The position numbers and the translations under genes are program-made. Of a stretch of 64,000 nt of DNA, positions 37,006 to 48,753 are shown piece by piece (position 1 is the first letter of the stretch; each line of letters opens with the position of its first letter). The stretch is from Minutocellus sp. GHC0000111 (lineage: Eukaryota). Under the pieces are notes generated by a model. It was not told the DNA's origin. It saw only the letters and a program-made list of their open reading frames with translations, and made no database searches. The stretch spans positions 1,860,001 through 1,924,000 of the forward strand of contig OZ361257.1 in assembly GCA_977018835.1 (NCBI GenBank), given 5' to 3'.

Positions 37006-37908
37006 GGCGCTGCGAGCCATTGCGTTTAGCGAACAAAGGTAAGAGCTTCTTGGTTTGATAAGTCTGGCATCTGATGGGAATCTGCCGAGTCCGTATCTTG
37101 CGCCCAACATGTCTTGTGCTCGTTTTTTTCCGAACGCTCGACACATAAATCCCGTCCCGCGGGAGCAGCGAGCAGACCGTGTCGTGTCTCTCTCTGTTAT
37201 TGTGACCCAAGAGCGAGATGGAGATGCAAGGGAACTGCAACGAAAGAGTGTTTTGATTGCCATGTTTGTTTCGTTTGTGTGGTACTGGCTAGTAGAGCAT
37301 TTGGGGGGGGGTGCAATTGCCTCTCGGTCGTATCTTGAGTCAGGTCTCCGCTGCGATTATTTTGGACAGCACACAGCACGGCCAAGCCAGGCGAGGCCAG
37401 GTCGATCGGGCCATAAGTATGCGATCACCCAAAAGTGTTGTGGAGATCAGGCACCGTTTGATCGATGATTTGGGCGTGGCTTTTCTGTGAAAAATTGACT
37501 CGCGACTGACTCTTCTTACCCAATCGGAAGATAAGACCGAACCAACAGGTCATGTCACGTCACGTCAGTTCCGGGAGGGAACGACTCTCTTGCCACGAAG
37601 CTCTTGGGGAGAATCGTTGTCGGGCATGTTCATGTTCGCGACCAATATGTCGCCACTTCATTCAGACACAATAATTCAAGGGGGCTGACTTCTTTGAACT
37701 CAAGTCACATCGGTCTGGAAAGCAGGCTGCAGGCATCAGGCATCATACTCACCATCGTTTTTCCTGGATTCCTTTCTCTACTCTCCTATCACACAGATCA
37801 GATCGATACAATCATTCGCGGAAAAATAGTAATGCCGAAAAGCCAAACGCTACGTGCAACTGAAATTCCAGTCATTTCGAAACACAACACATACATCACA
37901 CAAACATC

Positions 37909-39789
37909 ATGAGCAGCCCCCCGCGGTCGTCCCGGTCGGAGGTCGGATTCGGTGGCGGGGTCGACCTTGCCTCCCCGCACTCGCCCTACCTGGATTTTGT
38001 CTCCATGGCCACGCGGTACCCCCCGGGCCATCCTCTTCACGGGGCTCTTATCTACGGTCGTCGGGGGTCCTCCTCGTCCACCGGCAATTCCAATTCCGAC
38101 AGCGATTCCATGCCACCCCTCGAGGAGATTGGTCGGTCAAATAATCGTACTTCTGCTGCCGCTGCTGGCGCTGGCGCTACGGCTTACAATCCCGCTACCG
38201 GTACTTCCTTACCGGCAAGAGTAGCAGGCATCACGGCAATGAGAGAGTTGATCGCCCTCGGCCTCAAGGATGATGACAGCGATGACGACGACGACTCGGT
38301 CGTTGAGATTGTCGACCTGCCCGATGCCAATTCGGCCCACGATCAGGGCAATGGCGGTGGTACGGCATCTGCAACCAACATGGCCCGGAGGAGACGGAGC
38401 CACAACAGGCCTACCGCAAGTGCTGCTGCTGGTGCATCTTCAGCATCGGCTGCTGCGGCATCTACGTCTGCCTCAGCCGCTACTGCTGCTGCTACTGCGT
38501 CGGCGGTAGACATGTCGGTGGCACGGAGAATGCCAAGCGGGGGGCTCAAGACGACCGGTCTGGACAGTGAGGACAACTCCACCCCCGCCAAGAAGCCTGC
38601 TGCGGCGGCGGGAAAGAAGCGCTCGGCCGACGAGGTCGATGACTCGCCCAAGAAGAAAGAGGGGGGCACCGATGATGCCGACGACAAAGATGCAGACAAG
38701 AAGAAGGAGGCCGAGCAGCACTGCTCCATCTGTCTGGACGTGCCGTCCCGCGAGGAGGTTACCAAGCTCAACAAGTGCGAGCATGTCTTTTGCTTTGGGT
38801 GTATCGAAACCTGGGCCGATCGGGAGAACACGTGTCCGCTGTGCAAGGTTCGCTTCACCAAGATTGAACGTGTGAACAAACCTCCACCCTCCAAGCGTCG
38901 GAAGAAGGGCGGCGGTGGCAGGGGCAGTGGTGCTGCCAAGGCCACGAAGCGAATCAAGACGCGCGACCAGCGAGAGGATCTGGTATCGGCCAACCCCCTC
39001 GAAGGTCTCTTCGCCCACTTGGAATCCACCGGTACCATGCCCCGGTCCATTGCCCAGCTCATCTTTAGCGGCCTGGGTGGTCCCAACCCCTTTGGAGGTC
39101 CGCGTCGCTTCCAAACCGCTAGCGCTGCCGCCCGTCGTCACCCCGCCACTCATCGGAATGACGCCACGCCGTCTTACACCGTGGCTCGTGATCCTGCCAC
39201 TGGACGCTTCACTCGAGTTCCTCGGAGACAGTCGTCTGGATCGTCGTCGCCTTCTCCTGCCGCTGCCTCAAGCGGTGCTGCTCGTCGCAGCACCCGCAAT
39301 GGCGGCTCCCGTGGTGCCGCCGCCTCATCGTCATCAACCTCGGGGGCAGCAGCTGCGTCGTCGTCTTCCTCGCGATCGGCACGCGCGGCACGGTCCGGAA
39401 CCAGCGCAGCTCCTCAAGTGTCGGTGACCCTCAACAGCTTCGGCCCAACCTCGTTCAACCTTCCCGGACCGCCATCGCCAGACTTCCGCGGTCTTGGTCC
39501 TCCCCGCGCCTTTCGATTCTTCCAAGATTCCGATGAAGACGACGATGACTACGAGCCACCCTTTGCACGTGCCGGCGGGTACGACAGCTTTGTCCGTCGG
39601 GCTCGAGCCCAGCAAGGACGTGCCCAAAGTCCCCTCGCTCCCGACAGTTTTGTTGTGAGGAGAGAAATGCGCATGCCGCCCACTCAGGCGCACCTCGCTC
39701 CGGCCAACACCGCCGACACGGCCATTGAGATTGGCGACAGTGATGACGACGACGACGACGACGACAATGAGGTTGTCGTTTTGGATTAG
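37909..39789 (+). CDS. C3HC4 RING-finger E3 ligase with SIM-like motifs
   Basis: CSIC...CEHVFCFGC...CPLC; VVEIVDL, IEIGDSD and VVVLD are flanked by acidic runs. Confidence 0.88.
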   Translation: MSSPPRSSRSEVGFGGGVDLASPHSPYLDFVSMATRYPPGHPLHGALIYGRRGSSSSTGNSNSDSDSMPPLEEIGRSNNRTSAAAAGAGATAYNPATGTSLPARVAGITAMRELIALGLKDDDSDDDDDSVVEIVDLPDANSAHDQGNGGGTASATNMARRRRSHNRPTASAAAGASSASAAAASTSASAATAAATASAVDMSVARRMPSGGLKTTGLDSEDNSTPAKKPAAAAGKKRSADEVDDSPKKKEGGTDDADDKDADKKKEAEQHCSICLDVPSREEVTKLNKCEHVFCFGCIETWADRENTCPLCKVRFTKIERVNKPPPSKRRKKGGGGRGSGAAKATKRIKTRDQREDLVSANPLEGLFAHLESTGTMPRSIAQLIFSGLGGPNPFGGPRRFQTASAAARRHPATHRNDATPSYTVARDPATGRFTRVPRRQSSGSSSPSPAAASSGAARRSTRNGGSRGAAASSSSTSGAAAASSSSSRSARAARSGTSAAPQVSVTLNSFGPTSFNLPGPPSPDFRGLGPPRAFRFFQDSDEDDDDYEPPFARAGGYDSFVRRARAQQGRAQSPLAPDSFVVRREMRMPPTQAHLAPANTADTAIEIGDSDDDDDDDDNEVVVLD

Positions 39790-39909
39790 TCCAATTTTGA
39801 AATCGAAGGCCATGAAAAGAAAAGACATACAACACTGCGATAACGCAGCCATGACAACGTTAATAGATAACTTGATACCTTTAGATATATGCAGTAACAT
39901 CCTAGCTAG

Positions 39910-40878
39910 CTAGTCTATTTCATTGTGTTCTGCGGACAGTATCTTCTCTATAGCCTGCGGAAGTTCTGCCAAGGAAGATATTCGTTCGGTCACCTTCTCC
40001 TCGGCTTCGGCTGCCATGCGCTTTCTGCGTTCAATCTCTTCCGCCGATGCCGTGGAGTAAAATGGAGTAGCCCCGTCCTCCTCCTCGTCTTCTACCATCT
40101 TGTACCACACCGCCTTGGCCCCACACGCGGCACTGGCACCGACATCGTTTGCCAGATCATCCCCCACGTGTATCCAGCACTTGTTGTCGTCCTGTCGCAA
40201 ATCGTGACCAACCATGCGTTGATATTTGTCCAATGTCGCCTCAAATATGCCTGGATGCGGCTTTCGATGAGGGAATACACCATCGTCTTCTCCGCTAATT
40301 GTGAAGCTGAAGTACGGCCGCAGTGTTTCTCTCATATCGAGCGGATCTCCACGGCCATTGGTCACGGCAGCCACGACGGCCTCTGGATGTTGCTCCTTGA
40401 CCCGTTCGAGCATGTCCATCGCATCGGGATACAGGTTCCGTTCGGCGGCCTCATGTCTGGCTTGCAACCAAACTTCAAATATCTTTCGGGATACAGATTC
40501 GTGCAACGCCTCACTTGTTGCCAGGTGGGGATAATGCTCCGCCAACGACCGCTCCAGCTGCGATTGGATGGCGGCTATGCGCAGATTGGTGTAGGTTATC
40601 GGCGTTTCTGTTTTGCGAAGTTCATTTCGTATGGCCTTGGTGGCCGAAAGGACATCTTCGTTGGTTATGGAGGGATAGCCATGGCCGACTATCGAGGCAA
40701 TCATTGCCTCGTTGGCTTCGGCAACCACCGGTCCACAGGGAAATAACGTATCGTCGAGGTCGAACGTGAGCAGAGCAAGCGTTGGTCTGCTGCTGGATGT
40801 ACAGGTCGAAGCAAATGCCGCAGCTTTGTGCGCAAACACTGCCGCCGATAGGGCAAGGACTGCTCTTATGTCACGCAT
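39910..40878 (-). CDS. HAD-superfamily hydrolase (YigB/HDHD-like), probably plastid-targeted
   Basis: TFDLDDTL, VTNG, RKPHP and HVGDDLANDV; presequence ending AAA-F. Confidence 0.9.
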   Translation of the reverse strand: MRDIRAVLALSAAVFAHKAAAFASTCTSSSRPTLALLTFDLDDTLFPCGPVVAEANEAMIASIVGHGYPSITNEDVLSATKAIRNELRKTETPITYTNLRIAAIQSQLERSLAEHYPHLATSEALHESVSRKIFEVWLQARHEAAERNLYPDAMDMLERVKEQHPEAVVAAVTNGRGDPLDMRETLRPYFSFTISGEDDGVFPHRKPHPGIFEATLDKYQRMVGHDLRQDDNKCWIHVGDDLANDVGASAACGAKAVWYKMVEDEEEDGATPFYSTASAEEIERRKRMAAEAEEKVTERISSLAELPQAIEKILSAEHNEID

Positions 40879-41136
40879 TATCACCACTGTGAGCAAATCA
40901 GGAGGGATTTGCTGTTCGGCTATCTGGTATCTTCAAAAAATGAGCACATCTCGTGCGTGGCCGCGATGCGATCGGCGAGGTTTGTCTCCTCGGCGACTGT
41001 TCTTAGATCTTCGTGGGGAGGCAAAGATGCGCGCCGCGTTGCTCAACACATCTTATGTCCGTCTACAACAAACTGCCTTTGATGCAACCGCGCAGAGGAG
41101 CAAGAGTGACTAAGTGGTCTTAGCTCTAATTCATAC

Positions 41137-42962
41137 TTGACTCATCTGTTCTCTTGCACTGACATGGTGCTCTCCCAAGAGGCGCTCGATGAGGCCCGCG
41201 CCATCGTGGCCAACATGTCTCTGGCTACCAAGATTGGTCAGATGGCGCAAATCGATATCTCTCAAATCATCTACAAAACCGACGACGGGGCCATCCGACC
41301 CAACCGCACCAAGATACGATATTACTTTGGTGACTTGGCCTTCGGGTCGCTGTTGAATTGTCCCAACAACGAGGATGGACCGCAATGGAACGCGACGGAA
41401 TATCGACAGGTGGTCAAAGCCATACGGGAGGTGACCGACGAATATGGGCTGCCACCCGTCATTTGGGGTCTGGACTCGGTCCACGGTGCCAACTATGTGC
41501 GAGGCGCCGTCATGACTCCCCAGCAGATCAATCTGGCCGCCACCTTCAATACCACCGTGAGTTACGAGGCGGGACGAATCGCCAGCAAGGACACCCGTGC
41601 GGCGGGCATTACGTGGCTGTTCAGTCCCATCCTTGGTCTGGCGCTGCAACCGTCCTGGTCTCGAGTCTACGAAACCTTTGGGGAAGATCCACTGGTGGCA
41701 AGTGCCATGGGAGCGCAGCTGATTCGAGGGATACAGGACGTCCAACCAGAGGAAGATGGTGCGATGCCCACCAAGGCAGCCGCGTGTGCCAAGCATTTTG
41801 TCGGATACAGCATGCCTCGGACGGGATACGATTGGCGAGGAGAATTATACAGAGAAACCTGGTGATATTCGGGATTCGCGTCTTGCACAAGGTCAGATTG
41901 AATTCGTTCGAAGAGTAAAGGCGGAATCAAGCGGAAAGCTGATTTTGATATACTTTGGTGGTCGGCCGAGACTTCTCGGCCTTCTGCCCGATATTGCCGA
42001 TGCCATCTTCATTGGGTTCTTGCCAGGCCCAGATGCTGGCCAAGCTGTTATCGATCTGATAACAGGAAATACAAATCCCAGCGGTCGATTGCCAATGACT
42101 TACCCGAAATATCCAGATGGCGGTGGCGCCCCCTACTTTAGCGGTGTATCCGATCAGTGCACGGTCGGAGAAGGCCCACTGCCACACTGGGAAAATCAAA
42201 GGTGCGATGTCGAGTGGAATTTTGGCCATGGTCTGTCGTATACTTCCTTCGATTATGCATATGGCATCGCCTTGAGCCGCAATGAGATTGCATACTCGCC
42301 GGGACCAGACAGAGGCGCGGCGACAAAGATCAAAGTGGAAACGACAATAAAGAATACTGGCCCCATTGCAGGATCTGAGACGGTTCATTTCTTTGCCTTC
42401 GACAAGACGCGATATGTCACGCCAGAGTACAAAAGACTAGTGCACTTCGAAAAAGTACATCTCGACCCAGAAGAAGAGAAGAAAGTGTCGTGGGATGCAA
42501 CCTTGGATTTATTTTACCACGTGGGTCCACACGATACTTCGCATTGGGTATTGCAGGAGGGAGTACAAATGCAGATTGGCGTGGGGTCTGCTGTAGACTG
42601 TCGCAAGACACCAAGCGATGCTCTATGCTCTGCTCCAATTGGTTGGAAGCTCGAAGACGATGGCATCTACGTGGGATCATGCGATGCAGCATGCCGATTA
42701 TGGGATGAGAGTAAATGCTCGTCTTTCTACGGATTTGATTGGGAAACATGTTGGAATATGTGCACTGGCATTGCTAAAGAAAACTATCCTATGCATGGAA
42801 AGCATGAAGGTTGGGGCTGGAATTATGTCAGCTGTATCGAGTCTGTGGTTAGAGCGAATTCTGGAAAATCGGTAGAAGACAGGGCCACTAGCTGCCCGAA
42901 AATGACCACAATGTGTCGGGACATCTTTCACACAAAGTTTCTGGACGAATACGGAGAGTTGC
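41137..42962 (+). pseudogene. GH3 beta-glucosidase with a large internal deletion at ~41830 and a truncated 3' end
   Basis: KIGQMAQID, GLDSVHG, WSRVYETFGEDP and CAKHFVGY, then an immediate out-of-frame jump to IGEENYTEKPGD, PSGRLPMTYP, FGHGLSYTSF and an FnIII-like region. Confidence 0.85.
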
Positions 42963-43865
42963 CATTTGTACATCGCCGCAGCCTGCCCCTGGGCCCATAG
43001 GACACTAATGGTCCGTGCGCTCAAAGGGTTGGAAGAAGTGATATCGACCACAGTTGTACATCCAGTGTGGCAAAAGACAAGACCGGAGGATGATAGCGAT
43101 GGTCATGCCGGTTGGGTCTTTGGTGATGCCGATGGCAACATGCTGACCAACACCGACGGATTTGGTTCTTTCCCTCCCGCGTATGAGGGCAACGCGCCCG
43201 ATCCAATCTTCAACGCCAAGAGCATTAGGGACATTTATGATGCAGTTGGAGACACTGATGGAAAATATACCGTCCCGATTCTGTTTGATAAGAAGCTCAA
43301 CACAATTGTCAGCAATGAATCATCGGAGGTTATCAGAATGATGAATTCTGAGTTTAATGATTTTGCAACAAAGCCTGAACTTGATCTTTATCCCGAGGAG
43401 ATGCGAGAGGAGATTGAAGCCGTAAATGCTTGGATTTATCCATCACTGAATAATGGCGTCTACCGCTGTGGGTTTGCTACATCTCAGGAGGCATACGACA
43501 AGGCCATTGAAGACTTGACCAATGCGTTCGACAAGGTCGAGGAGATCCTCAAGAAGCAAAGATTTATTGCCGGCGACACGCTGACTGAGGCCGACATCCG
43601 ACTGTTTGTGACGCTGCTCCGCTTTGACGAGGTATATGTAGTGTATTTCAAGACAAATACTCGATCTGTCGCGAATAGTCCGGCCATATTGAATTATTGC
43701 CGCGAGATCTATCAAATGGAGGGAGTGGAGGAAACAGTGAACATGGAGCAGATCAAGGCGCATTATTTCTGTTCTCACCCATCACTGAACAAGTATTCCA
43801 TTATCCCCAAGGGAGGAGATTTCATCAAGTTGCTGGAGCAGCCTTATGATCGTGATAATTTGTAG
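42963..43865 (+). CDS. Glutathionyl-hydroquinone reductase / omega-like GST (YqjG/ECM4 family), N-terminally truncated
   Basis: HLYIAAACPWAHR, YTVPILFD, NESSEVIR, NNGVYRCGFA and RFDEVY; no own ATG or N-terminus upstream. Confidence 0.9.
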   Translation, partial: HLYIAAACPWAHRTLMVRALKGLEEVISTTVVHPVWQKTRPEDDSDGHAGWVFGDADGNMLTNTDGFGSFPPAYEGNAPDPIFNAKSIRDIYDAVGDTDGKYTVPILFDKKLNTIVSNESSEVIRMMNSEFNDFATKPELDLYPEEMREEIEAVNAWIYPSLNNGVYRCGFATSQEAYDKAIEDLTNAFDKVEEILKKQRFIAGDTLTEADIRLFVTLLRFDEVYVVYFKTNTRSVANSPAILNYCREIYQMEGVEETVNMEQIKAHYFCSHPSLNKYSIIPKGGDFIKLLEQPYDRDNL

Positions 43866-44034
43866 TGCTGCAAACATTGCGTGAGAGATGACTTAATTCA
43901 TTGTGCAATTGTGATAGTCTTACTAAAATTTACAATGATACAAGTATAAATGGTCGCCCTTGATAAGATTGTGTGGTTTCTCCATGGTTGTTTGGGGTCC
44001 TACATGTGCAATTGTAGACGAGAAAGAATTCGTT

Positions 44035-44319
44035 TTAAGCCTGGCAAGCCTGAGCAAGGCGACGAGCGGTATCGTCTTCGTCTGCATCCTCTTCGTCGAC
44101 CAAGGCTAGAATTTCTTCTGCGAAGGCAAAAGGGTGGACCTCTCTCTTCCTTGGGCGGAAAAGGTTCGAAAATGTCGCCTTGTTGTCTTTCTGAACAGAT
44201 GGAAGTGCAATGAGGACAGCCGGCGTCGTCGACATGTAGATTTTTGCATCAGAACTGCCGATGGAGGAGGTGGGCGATGGCTTTGGGCTAGCTTCGTTGA
44301 TCATGTTGGTTGGATTCAT
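44035..44319 (-). CDS. Small hypothetical protein
   Basis: ATG-initiated 94-aa ORF preceded by an A/C-rich leader. Confidence 0.4.
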   Translation of the reverse strand: MNPTNMINEASPKPSPTSSIGSSDAKIYMSTTPAVLIALPSVQKDNKATFSNLFRPRKREVHPFAFAEEILALVDEEDADEDDTARRLAQACQA

Positions 44320-45027
44320 ATTGCTTGTATGTTGGTGTGAAGGCGATGGCGTTTGGTTCAGTTTGTAAAAATGACTGTCCTCGATCGAGCAGTCGATTGA
44401 AATGTGGCTGTGGCAGTGTGCATTATTGCTCGGGCGATAATAATTGCGCCCTGATATCATAACTGTTGCGAGAAAGGCTGTATCTTCAGAAATCATTCGA
44501 ATGATTGACCTTGTGGGTGCTGTAAAAGGTAAACCGGGAAATAGTCGTTGCCCAGCGAAGGGCAGGAGTTGTACTTGGCGTGTCCGGCATGTTCCTGCTT
44601 GATTTCTGACTTGTTCCGCGCGAAACCTTTTTTACGCCACGGTAAGTACTCCTAAAATCTTCTCATGATGACTTGAGAGCCCACAATATTTCCGTAAGGA
44701 GTGCTAAAAGGCTCTTTGATGACGCTATCTGGCCCTAACGCCGCACACGCCCAAGTGTTCCAGTCATTCTTCGTGTTTCTGGATGGCGTCAAGCAATGTT
44801 TGCATTAATTTGGCGGTGCCGCGGCTTGCCACCAACTCATCAGCTCTACTAATATCCGAGAAATCAAGTTGTTATCGCGCAATGGCTGTATTCATTATAC
44901 AAACAGTGAACAGTGAACAGCCCACAAGGCAAAACAAAAGCCAGGCCACACATAATTCCATCCCAAACAACATATCCAACGATATCGATTTCCAAGACCA
45001 ACGCCCAACGCCCAACCGACAAACGAA

Positions 45028-45768
45028 ATGAAGCCATCGACATACAAGCAAGGACTCCGCCTGAAAAGCGAGCGCAGTAGTATCAACAGCGAAAGATCCA
45101 TCCGCCGAGCATCTACAAAAGATCTGTCTACATGCACTTCTGCTAAATTGCTATCTTCTCTTCGAACTAGCGACATCCTCACCCGCACCAGCGGCACGCT
45201 CACAGAAAACGACAAGACATGTAATCACCACGACGAGGACTCCCACCTCATCCAAGAAGTTATGAATCTCAAGCTTCGTCTTTCGACTGCTTTGGCACGT
45301 ATCGACGACGAGAAGCACTCCCATCGCCGCCAGTCGAAGCAACTTTCCAACCTCTACAATGAGAACAAATGTCTCAAGAGTGATCTCGAGCGGGCCTGCC
45401 GTCAAATCGTCGACCTCCAGGACAGCGCCGCCCATCCAGAGCCAAAGCCCGATACATGTACATGTAGTCCTACACCAAGCAGCGCCGGCGCATGCACTGG
45501 GCCCACTGAAGATCACAGCGAGCACGACGAACCAGGCCTGCTTCATCGCTTTATCACCTCAAAAATCATTGCAACATCTCCTACAATGTGTTCGAACGAA
45601 GAATCTACATGTGCCTCAAGTTTGGCGAGCTCGTCTACTTCCCGCCGAAGATCTTCACTCATGGAGAGCCTGGCTGATGAAGAACTTCCATCTCTGCCTG
45701 CACGAAGAGCATCTTTTCTTTGTTCGTCACTCGCAGACGAAGAACTTCCAAATAATAATGTGGAGTAA
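45028..45768 (+). CDS. Hypothetical coiled-coil protein with two SLADEELP repeats
   Basis: 246-aa ORF with heptad pattern LIQEVMNLKLRL...LKSDL. Confidence 0.6.
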   Translation: MKPSTYKQGLRLKSERSSINSERSIRRASTKDLSTCTSAKLLSSLRTSDILTRTSGTLTENDKTCNHHDEDSHLIQEVMNLKLRLSTALARIDDEKHSHRRQSKQLSNLYNENKCLKSDLERACRQIVDLQDSAAHPEPKPDTCTCSPTPSSAGACTGPTEDHSEHDEPGLLHRFITSKIIATSPTMCSNEESTCASSLASSSTSRRRSSLMESLADEELPSLPARRASFLCSSLADEELPNNNVE

Positions 45769-46163
45769 AGAAGGATGTCCCTGCATTCTCTTTCCAAGCC
45801 GGAAGACGAAGAATGGCTCGACGAGAGATGCATTCTCAATGGTATTACTATGCAGAAAACGTGCACCGCTAGAAGGGCATAGAACTAAACGTTTAAATAC
45901 GATACTACTGTTGATATCACTAGAATGTAAAATGAAAAAAGTCTTTATATCGTACATGCATTGCACTTTTAGCATAGATAGAAGTAAAAAACCATTCTAC
46001 ATGACATGTATACATAGCGTGCCGTATCTTCAACGGCATGGTAATCTAAATAAACCCTACTATTGATAGTACCACTTACGGAGAAGTTGTCTTTCTTTAC
46101 TGCATGATATCATGGGTCTATGTGTACATGTACATATTGAACGTCTGCTTCATGGTCGTTTAG

Positions 46164-46841
46164 TTACATTTGATTCATGTAGATTTTTGTGGCGGCATCC
46201 TCATCGCGAATGCCACATTCCAAAGCACGACGACGGGCCTCAAGTGAGTGGGCGGAAGAGACCAAGGCAAGGACGCCGGGGGAAAGGGCCTGACTACCTT
46301 GAGCTTTGTGGCATTGCTGCTTTGCCAGAACAGTCTGGATCAAGGCCCGTTGCTTGTTGGTGCTATCGTAACACTTTCGTTTGGAAAGATGTTGCTCGAT
46401 TCCACGAGATGGGGTTTCTTCGAGGGCCAATATCTCATTAGGGAAGAGGGTTTCGACTGGGTTCTTTCGGATGCGACGAAGTAGCTTGACATCGGCCTTG
46501 GCTTTTTCTTCGAAGATGCGAAAGTCTTCGGGTGAGTACCACGCCTCTTGCAAATCTTTGGAAGTAGCGATGAAGACCTTTCCAGAAAATTTAGGACTGA
46601 AGCTGACTTTTTTGGAGATATGCGGTTTAGTAGGTATCATTCTACTGGAAGTAGTTGAAGAAATACCTGGATTCTTCTCAGAAGAAAACAACTTTGAAGT
46701 AGATTCGAGAGGTTTCGCCGGCTTCCCTGACGTTGGCACCGAGAAGGAAATCTGCGATGGTACTTTGCCCAAAGAGTCACAGGTAGAAAATGACTGCGAA
46801 GGGCGACTGTTTAGATAGCTACGGCTGGATCTAGCTTGCAT
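46164..46841 (-). CDS. Hypothetical protein of the diatom-type KKVSF...WYS...RGIE family
   Basis: KKVSF, AWYSPEDF, RGIEQH, VLAKQ and ARRRALECG motif series. Confidence 0.65.
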   Translation of the reverse strand: MQARSSRSYLNSRPSQSFSTCDSLGKVPSQISFSVPTSGKPAKPLESTSKLFSSEKNPGISSTTSSRMIPTKPHISKKVSFSPKFSGKVFIATSKDLQEAWYSPEDFRIFEEKAKADVKLLRRIRKNPVETLFPNEILALEETPSRGIEQHLSKRKCYDSTNKQRALIQTVLAKQQCHKAQGSQALSPGVLALVSSAHSLEARRRALECGIRDEDAATKIYMNQM

Positions 46842-47403
46842 TGTGATTACAATTAATTGGCTTCGAATGTTGAATTGTTCGCTAAAAGTGAGAAAGTTAC
46901 AGAGAGGATGCATTATGGACGCTCGGCTCTGTTCCTGATTGTTCGATGCTGACTGGACGCTGTGCTACGTATGCATTTACTGGATTAATTTTTCACCAGG
47001 ATCGGGTTCACTTGAGGGACTGTGCTAAGTTGCTTTGTATTGCTTGGATTGGATTGAACACGGCTCGGAAACCAGTCGCTTGATTGGACAAGTGGCTGGT
47101 TTCTCTCAGTGTCGCAGGGCCGATGTAGCAATGTCCGGGAAACTTGGGAGGCTCTATGGGTTGCCCGTGCATAGTTGAAACTGTGCTTTGTCGATCAGGA
47201 AAGAAACATTCCGGTGATCAGTCACTCAGCTCAAGAAATGTGTTGATTTGGGGATTTCCGCTCGGTCATCTGCCTTGGTCCTGAATTTGTCACATTGCGA
47301 GATGGGGAGGCTCTTTCGCCAGTCGCAAGAGGCTCTATTTTTGGCACTGTCATGATTACGTCACAAGGTCGACAGTGTTAGTTGCACTAATCATAATATT
47401 TCA

Positions 47404-48753
47404 ATGTCTCTGTCTCAAAACTCAACCATGACCACGCCGCCGCTCCCCCCAGCCCTCTCCCCTACCGCCAACGTCCGGCGCTCCTGCCGCATGCTCATGG
47501 ACGAGCCGGTCGTCGATCCTTTTTTTGACGAACCGTCTGATCTCACACCGACACGTCCAAAAGTTGACGAGGACACAAACACTTCTTCTCCACAAGCGCC
47601 GACATCCCGACGAACGGTGGGCATTTACAGCACCTCCTTGACCAAGCTGGCGGTCAAAATTGCTTCACAGATTGCGGCAGATGACGAATCGACGCCATCA
47701 TCTTCGGAGGCTATCGAATGGGACGCCGACGGGTGGCACTACACCGGCGCAAACTTTGCCAGTAGCACATCCCGTGCCGAGAACGAAGACCAACTTGAGG
47801 TGCAACGCGTCGAGCGCGTACTGTTGTATATTCTCGCCTTGGATGCCATCAATTTTTGCTTCTGGCCAACCGAAGATGACACAGGAAAGTCAGCCTGTAC
47901 CAAAAATATGCTGGAATACGAGCATTTGGCTTCGGCTCTCCGAATGATGGCCGAGCGGGATGACGTGAGAACCGAAGATGGGGCTGAATCCGCTGACACA
48001 TATGCATTCAGCCCAAGAAATCTGGCCACCATGTCGGTAGAATCATTTCTATCGGATATTCAACAATATCTCCCCGGACCAAGTTCAGACGGTGGCTTTT
48101 ACCTCATACCGAATGCGTCGGAACGAGTTCGACTGCTGAATGAGCTTGGACATGGTCTCATCACTCACCACGACGGATCGGCCACCTCCATGTTGCAAAA
48201 GTGCATTGGACCGAGCGGTAAACCCAGCGCCGTGAAGTTGGTCGATGCAATCACATCAACATTTCGTGGCTTTCGGGATGAGACGGTTGATGCCAAAGGC
48301 CGACAGATATGCTTCTACAAGCGGGCTCAGATTGCCGTGGGAGACATCTGGGCGGCATTTTGGAAAGGTCAAAAGGATACGGTGGGAGGGAGACTGACCA
48401 ACTTTGACGATATATCCGAACTGACTACCTTTGCCGACTATCGTGTGCCGCAGTTGCTCCGGCACGTGGGCGTGCTGCGGTATTCCGAAGAGCTTTCGGC
48501 AAAGGTCGATGGAATGGAGGAGATCATGGCGGGTTCGTCTGACGAGCTATTCATCCGAGCTGGTACAGTGGTTGCAGTGGACAAACTTGTCGATGAGGTC
48601 AAGCGCATTCTCAAGAGTAACGAAGCATCACAAGAGAAAGTCCATGAGGTGAATGCCGTCCTTCTTGACTGGCATCTGTGGCAGATTGGCGAGAAGCTCG
48701 ATAGAGAGGGAACACTGAAGCCTCACCATCGAGTTCGGACGGTCTTCTATTAG
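47404..48753 (+). CDS. QNG1: Queuosine 5'-phosphate N-glycosylase / queuosine salvage protein (DUF2419, C9orf64 family)
   Basis: LDAINFCFW, GFRDE, FYKRAQI, FADYRVPQ and C-terminal PHHRVRTVFY. Confidence 0.92.
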   Translation: MSLSQNSTMTTPPLPPALSPTANVRRSCRMLMDEPVVDPFFDEPSDLTPTRPKVDEDTNTSSPQAPTSRRTVGIYSTSLTKLAVKIASQIAADDESTPSSSEAIEWDADGWHYTGANFASSTSRAENEDQLEVQRVERVLLYILALDAINFCFWPTEDDTGKSACTKNMLEYEHLASALRMMAERDDVRTEDGAESADTYAFSPRNLATMSVESFLSDIQQYLPGPSSDGGFYLIPNASERVRLLNELGHGLITHHDGSATSMLQKCIGPSGKPSAVKLVDAITSTFRGFRDETVDAKGRQICFYKRAQIAVGDIWAAFWKGQKDTVGGRLTNFDDISELTTFADYRVPQLLRHVGVLRYSEELSAKVDGMEEIMAGSSDELFIRAGTVVAVDKLVDEVKRILKSNEASQEKVHEVNAVLLDWHLWQIGEKLDREGTLKPHHRVRTVFY

